Shown piece after piece: positions 55,760 through 64,000 of a stretch of DNA of 64,000 nt (positions are counted from its first letter, which is position 1; every line of letters starts with the position of its first letter). The position numbers and the translations under genes are program-made. The notes under the pieces were generated by a model. That model was not told where the DNA came from. It ran no database searches and saw nothing but the letters and a program-made list of their open reading frames with translations. Origin of the DNA: Haliotis asinina (taxonomy: Eukaryota); assembly GCF_037392515.1 (NCBI RefSeq), contig NC_090285.1:70653515-70717514 (forward strand). Reading direction: 5' to 3'.

Positions 55760-55932
55760 ATGGTGAGCCGTGTGTTCTTGGGGCTAATATTGATGGCTAC
55801 ATCCCAATGAAGTTTGGTGCTGGATCCACTCTCAGGATCACAGGTGTCCCAGCATGCATCTCGCCATCCTCACCAAGGGAGACAAACGGTGTGCTGGACA
55901 AGGATCTGGTGTCTGGAGCCAGCAGGTGCTAG
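55760..55932 (+). CDS. Putative terminal coding exon (ends in TAG) of the same host gene
   Basis: Acceptor ttgtcag. In phase with the previous exon (IM-D-GEPCVLGANIDGYIPMKFGAGSTLRITGVP...). Stop at 55930-32. Confidence 0.35.
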
Positions 55933-56519
55933 CTCCACCCCATCTACATGTCATGTGGACTTGGTTACCCTGGGTGAAAGAAATTAGGACAGTGTTTCAT
56001 TCCCTGCCATGATATTGTGTGAATGATGGTAAAGATCGCAGGCCCATACTCTTTTCTCTCAAATTTGTCTACAACTGATGGTAGTTGACAGATTTTGAGG
56101 GTCTTCGCAATGTTCTATGTCTGAGGTGCAATAAACAAATAAATTTGAACAAACAGCTGTTTAGAAAATTCTGAAGATTCTGAATGGAACCAACTGGAAA
56201 TAATGTGACACAGTCAGAGAGTTGAGCAAACAGATATGTTCTTCTTTATGTGACCTGGAAACGACAGAATTTATTTTTGAACAGCATAGCTTCTGAAAGG
56301 ACCTGATATGATTAGACTTGTAACATGTATTGTAGAGTTGATAAACCAGGGGGAGACAAGACCACTTGTATGTGATCAGTGAGTCTGTGGCAGCTTCATC
56401 AGTGACAGCTTCATCTCCTGCACAACAGCGTTGACATCGCCATACACAATACAAGAATGACATGTTAGAGTGGGGTCAGTCTGCAGAAAATGTGCATTTG
56501 TAGGACTTGTTCCATTGAG

Positions 56520-56687
56520 TGAGTGAGTGAGTTTAATTTTACGCTGTTTTTAGCAATATCCCAGCAATATCACGGCGGGGGACACCAGAAAATGGGCTTC
56601 ACACATTGTACCCATGTGGGAAATCGAACCTGAGTCCTCTGCATGACGAGCGGATGCTTTAACCACTAGGCTACCCCCCACCCCTGT
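56520..56687 (-). repeat. tRNA-derived SINE copy flanked by an 8-bp target-site duplication (CCATTGAG)
   Basis: Reverse complement of the family consensus. tccattgag lies immediately before and cccattgag immediately after the copy. Confidence 0.7.
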
Positions 56688-57649
56688 CCCATTGAGACAC
56701 ACTGAGATATGACATCTTTGTCAGCTGCTGCTGAATCTCTCACGTCTCTCAACTTGTCTGTTGTATAAGTCAGTTAACACATGTATATACCTCCTGAATC
56801 TGAATCCTCTTGTATTGTATGTATTATTACATGTGTATAAACTTACAGTGTTTTAGATTGATGCTTAATCATTTGTCATCATATTCTTAATTTGCTTGTT
56901 TTCCAAAGAATAGATTTTTTGGGTTTGTCCAATATATGTTTATATTTTATCAAGCTCCTTATACATTCTGTCCCACATTTCACTCTGTGCTACACATATA
57001 TTTATGTAGATCTTCATGTATTGTATACCCAAGTCCAGATGCTGTCTTCATGTGGAATCATTGCACCAGTTTTATGGATTGTAGTTAAAATACCCAGCTG
57101 CATCGTGAAACTATTGTCCTTCTGGACAATGACAAGAGTCACGTTCCAAGGTTCTGATGATCACATGCTTCAATGGTGTTCCTCACCATTAAATGGAAAT
57201 ATGAACTTTGTCACTAAGCAGTCACTGTTTTCTGGTTTTGAACCTTGTACAGACAGTTCATGTTTTTTCTGCTCCGCATCTGTTTTTCCAAACATGCCAC
57301 TGGCAGACTGTTTCCATGGTAATGTGTGAGTCTAAGCATCTGCTGGTTTTAGTTTGTTCTATTTACAATGGTGAACATTGAGATTTTATGTTATACTTGT
57401 ATATTAGATTCCGATACATCATTGTTACTGCTTGTATGCATTTAAACAACATGAACAAATATATTATTGTATGAATTTATTGTGATGCTTTGTGTGATAA
57501 TTTGAGTTTTTCTTGGATTTATTACATGGTTGCGTTTTTTTATTTGATGTTGCACATACACATGAGCGTTGATAAGCACCACCTGAATCCAGATACGTTT
57601 TTACAGTTTTTGTCCAAACGGACAGTCATACCCCTGCACATGATCAGGA

Positions 57650-58790
57650 CATTTGTATACATGTAGTGACAGGGCAGACAGGGCAGACAGACAGGGCAGA
57701 CAGGGCAGACATACATGTAGTGACAGGGCAGACAGGGCAGACATTTGTATACATGTAGTGACAGGGCAGACAGGGTTAGCATACAAGTATCAGTCAGTGT
57801 TGACAATGCCGACATTTGTATACATGTAGTGACAGGGCAGACAGGGCAGACATACATGTAGTGACAGGGCAGACAGGGCAGACATACATGTAGTGACACG
57901 GCAGACATTTGTATACATGTAGTGACAGGGCAGACAGGGTTAGCATACAAGTATCAGTCAGTGTTGACAATGCCGACATTTGTATACATGTAGTGACATA
58001 GCAGACAGGGCAGACAGGGTTAGCATACAAGTATCAGTCAGTGTTGACAATGCCGACATTTGTATACATGTAGTGACATAGCAGACAGGGCAGACAGGGT
58101 TAGCATACAAGTATCAGTCAGTGTTGACAATGCCGACATTTGTATACATGTAGTGACATAGCAGACAGGGTTAGCATACAAGTATCAGTCAATGTTGACA
58201 ATGCCGACATTTGCATACATGTAGTGACATAGCAGACAGGGTTGACAGGGTTAGCATACAAGTATCAGTCAATGTTGACAATGCCGACATTTGCATACAT
58301 GTAGTGACATAGCAGACAGGGTTGACAGGGTTAGCATACAAGTATCAGTCAATGTTGACAATGCCGACATTTGCATACATGTAGTGACATAGCAGACAGG
58401 TTTAGCATACAAGTATCAGTCAATGTTGACAATGCCGACATTTGCATACATGTAGTGACATAGCAGACAGGGTTGACAGGGTTAGCATACAAGTATCAGT
58501 CAATGTTGACAATGCCGACATTTGCATACATGTAGTGACATAGCAGACAGGGTTGACAGGGTTAGCATACAAGTATCAGTCAATGTTGACAATGCCGACA
58601 TTTGCATACATGTAGTGACATAGCAGACAGGGTTGACAGGGTTAGCATACAAGTATCAGTCAATGTTGACAATGCCGACATTTGCATACATGTAGTGACA
58701 TAGCAGACAGGGTTAGCATACAAGTATCAGTCAATGTTGACAATGCCGACATTTGCATACAAGTATCAGTCAATGTTGACAATGCAGACG
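57650..58790. repeat. Satellite array with two sub-families: (gggcagaca)-containing units at 57650..57960, then 62-80-bp units (gttagcatacaagtatcagtcaatgttgacaatgccgacatttgcatacatgtagtgacatagcagacaggg)
   Basis: Directly visible. The Cys-rich ORFs called at 57540..58030 are repeat translations. Confidence 0.9.
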
Positions 58791-59949
58791 TTAGTGTGCA
58801 TGTTAGTCATTGTTGACAAGAACATTAGTATACATGTTAGTCAGTGTTGACAATAAGGGCATTAGTATACGAGTGTTGACAGTGGGGGCATGTATACATA
58901 TCGCCTGAATATTGAGAGTGATAGTAGCATCGATTCTACTAAGCACTTGATTTGTTCAGACAGGATCAGTCTTGACAGGATATTGGAGAAGTTATGACTC
59001 TTGTTGTATAAACAGGATGCTATTTGCGTGTATTAAGTTTCATATTTGGTAACAACACACAAGTGTGACTTCTTGTAAATATGTAAGTGGACAGACTGTG
59101 TCGATTGCAGCAATTGTGTTGAAATGCAGGGAATAATTTATCTTCACTCCTCTCATAATCAAGGATAAGTTAAGCACCGACCTGACAATTGACCCGTATT
59201 AGCATGTATGTGTGGCACTCGCCATTGTGAGGGGAAGGGCCCCAAGTAGTAATCAAGTATAGTGGGATGGGTGTGTTAGAGTAGGGCATGCCCAGCTATG
59301 TGCGGAATCCATTTCATCATAATGCACAGCATGAGTATTAGCTTATTTCTGCTCTCCCTTTCACAATCCAAATGGGTTTTCTCATTGCAAAGCACCGCCT
59401 ACTTCTCGTAAACACGTTCTCTGCGGTGGTCCAGCTATCCTTGTTTGCCAGTAATTCTCAAGTTCTGAGAAGTTTCAGAAGTCTGCCCAGAAATTACTAA
59501 TGCAAAAGGCAGTGGTCCAAAATATGTTTTCTTTTTTTCAGTGAGTATTTGACAGCTGACTTATCCCGACCTCCTCAGTTGTCTTTTTCCTTTTTATTTC
59601 AAGATTCATTAGTACTTGATATGCTTGTTATTAATGAACACAAAGTCTGGGAAAGTAAATAGTCCATAACATGATGTCTTAACAATAATTAGTCGTCAGG
59701 AATGCATAACATCATCTGGTGTGGGTGGAATGGGGCTAAGTCTCTGCTTCTCACCATTTCACTCTGGACAGCCTAGGCTTTTGGAGCCTTGGCACTGTCA
59801 CTGCTTTGTTCACACGATCAATGACTTTTAGATTTACAACAAACTTGTTAATTTTATATCTCTTTTTTATTTATTGCTTTCACACACATTTCCATTGCAA
59901 ATTGATGCACATGTCAGCATGCAACGTTTTACACACTCCTTAATTTACC

Positions 59950-60215
59950 AACTTCTCATTTTGAAACCATGACAACTGGAGCTGGGTATACCATCAAACG
60001 TCTTTCATTTTGAAACCATGACAACTGGAACTGGGTATACCATCAAACGTCTTTCATTTTGAAACCATGACAACTGGAGCTGGGTGTACCATCAAATTTC
60101 TTTCACTGTGTAACCATGACAACTGGAGCTGGGTACACCATCAAACTTATTTCATTGTGTAACCATTACAACTAGGGCTGGATATACCATGAAACATTTG
60201 ACACTGTGTAACCAT
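59950..60215. repeat. 49-bp tandem repeat (cattttgaaaccatgacaactggagctgggtataccatcaaacgtcttt), ~5 copies
   Basis: Directly visible. Confidence 0.85.
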
Positions 60216-60992
60216 GACACTGGAGTAGAACATGCGATTGAACTTGTCACACTTTGTTACCATGATAACTGCAACTCTTCATGCATTCCTTCTGTTGTGT
60301 AGCCCTGGCACAGTTTACCATGGTCTATAGCTATAGTCTGTGTCTGAATCTGGAGCTGGCAGTCTGGAACTGGAACAAACATATACAACTAGGGCCAGGA
60401 TATCCGCTTCAACTTGATTTTTTTGTTGGGTGTTTCTTTTGGCGAGTCGGGTACCACCTGCAGACAAACAAAGCTGTGTAACCGGTAGAATATTATGCGT
60501 GTGTAAGAGACATAACGCCTACTACTACAACTATATCACTAACACCCTAAACTACTGATATCACATTCATTAGTAAACAATAATTATTAGGTTGATGAGT
60601 GAGTGAGTTTAATTTTACACCAAACTGAGCAATATGCCAGCTATAAGGTGCCAGTCTGTAAATAATCGAGTCTGGACCAGACATTCCGGTGATCTACAGC
60701 ATGAGCATCGATCTGCACAAATGAGAACTGAAGACATGTCAACCCAGTCAGCAAGCCTGACCACCCGATCCCATGATTTGTCTCTTAGTCCTATGACAAG
60801 CATAGTGGCCTTTTGTGGTTTGGAGGCAAGCATGAGTTGCAGAAGACCTATTTTACCCTGGATCTTCAGGGGTCTATTAGGTGAGATACTTTGTGTGTTT
60901 ATGCACTGTGGACATTGAGAATTGATCAGATAGTAAATAAATTGTCCTGTTTAGATAACAGTTCTGCCACCTGGAATACTTTTGATCCATCT

Positions 60993-61416
60993 TCAAAAAT
61001 GGACTTGTACTGATATTATATTAATTGTAACCATGGTTACCTTGTTTATGTTCTCCTGTACATTCTTCATCTCAACATCTCCATTCTCTTTCACTTTCGA
61101 GAGTTTCCCTTCACTTGGCGATTCTAAATGTTTGTTAATTAACTTAATAGTACTATTTGTACTTGGTTTCTTTTCTTTACAATCAGCTGTTGGAGACATT
61201 GTAATTTTCACAATCTTCTTGGACAGCGTGGAAATGTCTTGAGATGCTGATTTAGTCGGAGAACCTAGTGTGGTTGACTTAGACCCCGATCCAAGCCTGA
61301 TCACCTTTCTACTTGCATCAATACAAGAGGGTGGGGGCTTGAGACGGTCAAAAACACCCTTGCTGGTATCATTGAATGATGTTAAGAAACGAGATGTGGA
61401 ATCTGACCCAGTCATA
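60993..61416 (-). CDS. Possible Ser/Lys-rich terminal exon of the - strand host gene (same gene as the Ashwin-like exon?)
   Basis: The minus-strand acceptor tttcag precedes AAAACAGAATATGACTGG. The open frame runs to the stop at 60993. The S/K/T-rich composition suits a nuclear protein tail. Weak. Confidence 0.25.
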
Positions 61417-62101
61417 TTCTGTTTTCTGAAATGCAGGAGATCAACACAAATAATGTGAAATGTCAAGACATATTTCAAATTATAAAAACATTGCTAAAGG
61501 TGTTATATGTATGACTCACAAAGCTTGGTTGTTGCTAACACAGGTCTTAAGCTACACAATGATCAACACTGTGACAGTCTGGCATGAACAATGTCACCTC
61601 CAACATCATGGGGCAAACTCAAACTGAATGTGCTCCCTGTAATCATGGTAATAACATGAGGGTTTAATATACATGATTATCTATCAGTACTGCGGAAATG
61701 CTGACATCCTCATGTGCCTTCACCCTGATCATATTTCTAATGCAAAACAGCTCCCTTGTCCTGCTTGATTTGTTGCCAGCCATTGTACGAACTATTTTCA
61801 GCAACACAAACAATCTATAAAGTCCCTATGTTCACACAATCTGAATCAAACATCTTCCTATATGGTTTGAAAAATGGAAAAGACATAAATCAGTCAAACT
61901 AGGAATGGAATTCAAATTATCTCTGTTAGATTAGTCAACATCCAAAATATTGGTTTTCAAAATACCTGGCAGTTGAACAGGAAATGACACCTGTGATGAC
62001 ATCTTTAACTATGGTTAGTAATAAGGTAACTAACAGATATTTGGCATGATCACATAAAATAAGATATGGATGGATACATGTAAGTATGAGAGAATACATA
62101 C

Positions 62102-62295
62102 TTGTGAGGAGGTTCATCCATGTCAGAAGCATTGATGCGTCTCTTCTTGGCCATAAGGATTTGTTTCTTGGTCAGGTCCTGTCCACGGCGGTTCTGGCGG
62201 TACCTCCTCTGAGGGAGGGGCAGGATGTACTTGTAGTAAAGCTGGAGAAGCTCTTCCTTGTCCAGGCCCCGCAGGTTGGACATCTGGATGTACCT
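62102..62295 (-). CDS. Exon of an Ashwin-like gene (RYIQMSNLRGLDKEELLQLYYKYILPLPQRRYRQNRRGQDLTKKQILMAKKRRINASDMDEPPH)
   Basis: Minus-strand acceptor tttttcag|AGGTAC and donor CACAA|gtatgt. The YxxxxIPLPQR(4-5)R(R/W)G block resembles the conserved N-terminal region of Ashwin proteins as I remember it. Not verified. Confidence 0.4.
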
Positions 62296-62897
62296 CTGAA
62301 AAACACACAATACATGTTCATCTGTGGATCTTATGAGGATGAGGAGCAGGAATGGTATTGATAACCACACTCACTTTAACTTGGATGATGATGAGTAAAT
62401 ACTGAGGTGAGGAGAAAGGTATTTAATGTCGTACCTAAGAATAGATGAGAAAATATGAATTAGTCTTTTCCAGTAAGTTCAATGGTTGGTTAACGGTAAT
62501 AACACTTGTGCTCAAACTCTTTGATAAGTTATCTCCAAATGGCACCAGTGAACACTGACAAATGCTGAATCTCGTGGGTATCTTAGTGTCAACATTCATA
62601 TAAAGGTGTTATACCAATAACACATCTTTGCCAAGATTGTAGTCAAAAGGGACGAAGGACAAAAGATCAAAAAACAAAATTTGGCAGAAGGGCTGAGGCT
62701 AAAAGTCATATGGGCAGAAATGAAAATTCAAAAAGCCCGAAAAAAAGGGCTATAGCCATAACCATCTTATTAATGTTATGCTGATATTAGGTTTCAATGC
62801 TATGCATGTCAATAAATAATGTAAAACCTTTCGAAACTGTTTTTCTGTTTGGTCTATATTAGTAGGAATACGGCCTTGTTTTACCTCTTGTCATTTG

Positions 62898-63056
62898 GGG
62901 GCGGTGGGGTAGCCTAGTGGTTAAAGCGTCACGCCCGAAGACCCGGGTTCGATTCCCCACATGGGTACAATGTGTGAAGCCCATTTTCTGGAGTCCCCTG
63001 ACATGATATTGCTGGAATATTGCTAAAAGCGGCATAAAACTAAACTCACTCACACA
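62898..63056 (+). repeat. Full-length tRNA-derived SINE (tRNA-like head ggggtagcctagtggttaaagc...cccgggttcgattcccc, then a ...aaactaaactcactcacaca tail), flanked by a perfect 13-bp target-site duplication CTCTTGTCATTTG
   Basis: Target-site duplication at 62885..62897 and 63057..63069. The same family occurs at 8570..8755(-), 36719..36988(+) and 56520..56687(-). Confidence 0.8.
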
Positions 63057-64000
63057 CTCTTGTCATTTGACTTTCACCTCAGCCCTTTTGTCCTTCAGCC
63101 CACTTAACTAGTTCCAATTAAAGCTGCCAAAAAACACTAAGATATCTTAAGTTTACAACTGTTATGCAGTGTAAAACGCTCAACACTCTGACTAATCTAT
63201 TTTCACTTTAATTCTATTTTTGTTTTGCACAAATGTAAACAGTGTAGACAGTTTTCACAACACTGTAGTCTTATTGTGACTATAACGATAAACTAGCAAT
63301 AGGTGTTGCAAATGCAGCCTATCAACTGGCAACTTAGAATTCAAATATAACAATAGGCTGTAGAATATACAACCACTTGCGAGTATAACGCTATGTTTTA
63401 GGATAGATCATTGAAAAACATGACTGCTCAAGTCTGAAGTTCTCACCACTCTGTTCAAAACTGCTCCAATGTGGTTCACTCAGTGAAATTCCGCAAAGTA
63501 AATAGCATTTTTGCAAATGTTTGTATTCAAGAAACAAAAATGTACACAAATATTCTATGCATACTAAAACAGTTCTGTCTCCTGAGCAGCAACCTGAGGC
63601 AAGGTCAGGCATGTATTACAAGCTTCAAATGGGACTCAAGAGTCACTCGAAAGACAATCCTATTTATACGTAATGTGAAGGAACAAAATTCAAGTGAGTA
63701 GTTTCTTGAAGCACAAGGAAATAAAGATCCAGCCAATCACACCACCAAGACATTGGTTTTACTGATTAAGACTTATGGCGACTTGATAATCAGTCCATAC
63801 AAAATGGGAGCCTACATAATCAAACAGAATGCCCTTCTTGTTTATTTGGTTGGGACTTAAGCAGCATGTTTACATGCTATAGCCAAGACCGAGACTTTCT
63901 TGTCAACATGGTCAACAGAAAAGCAGAACTAGATGGCAGGCTGCTTTAAAATCAATTTATGAATAAAGACTATTCCTTCACAAATGAAAATGATTAGATG

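Noticed and set aside
57540-58030. Cys-rich ORFs (MYANPVCPVTTCIQMSA...)
   Set aside because: They sit inside the 57650..58790 satellite. The repeating peptide mirrors the repeat unit.

Overview
This is a repeat-rich eukaryotic window, probably from an invertebrate animal (tRNA-derived SINEs, Tc1/mariner and MULE relics, many micro-, mini- and satellite arrays, spliced multi-exon host genes). It is not prokaryotic. The main object is a complete, apparently very young Polinton/Maverick-like (polintovirus/adintovirus-like) self-synthesizing element of 14,292 bp at 12685..26976. It is bounded by perfect 304-bp terminal inverted repeats (TIRs) beginning 5'-AG...CT-3'. It sits inside one monomer of a ~77-bp host satellite and is flanked by a GTGTT target-site duplication. 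It encodes a protein-primed B-family DNA polymerase (1246 aa), a retroviral-type DDE integrase, an A32/FtsK-like packaging ATPase, a candidate jelly-roll capsid protein, a Cys-rich Zn-binding protein, and roughly ten ORFs with no fold I can recognise. Several of these are membrane/coiled-coil proteins, and two are a paralogous pair. No adenain-like protease is recognisable. Odd features of the element: the TIR contains the last 57 codons of the integrase gene, so the right end carries an orphan copy. The ATPase ORF has no ATG and is in frame with the upstream capsid-like ORF across a single TGA. GC-rich palindromic modules (GGGGGTACCCCC and relatives) recur in several late ORFs and encode Pro/Gly/Thr linkers. 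Hydrophobic-VGG motifs that fit the adenain-type cleavage consensus recur in four ORFs. The flanks contain a non-LTR retrotransposon 5' end (2A-like peptide then APE endonuclease), an LTR-retrotransposon RT relic, two Tc1 fragments, a FLYWCH+MULE transposase ORF, SINE copies with visible target-site duplications, numerous satellites, an unidentified multi-exon host gene with WD-like repeats (+ strand, ~43.6-55.9 kb) and an Ashwin-like gene (- strand, ~61-62.3 kb).
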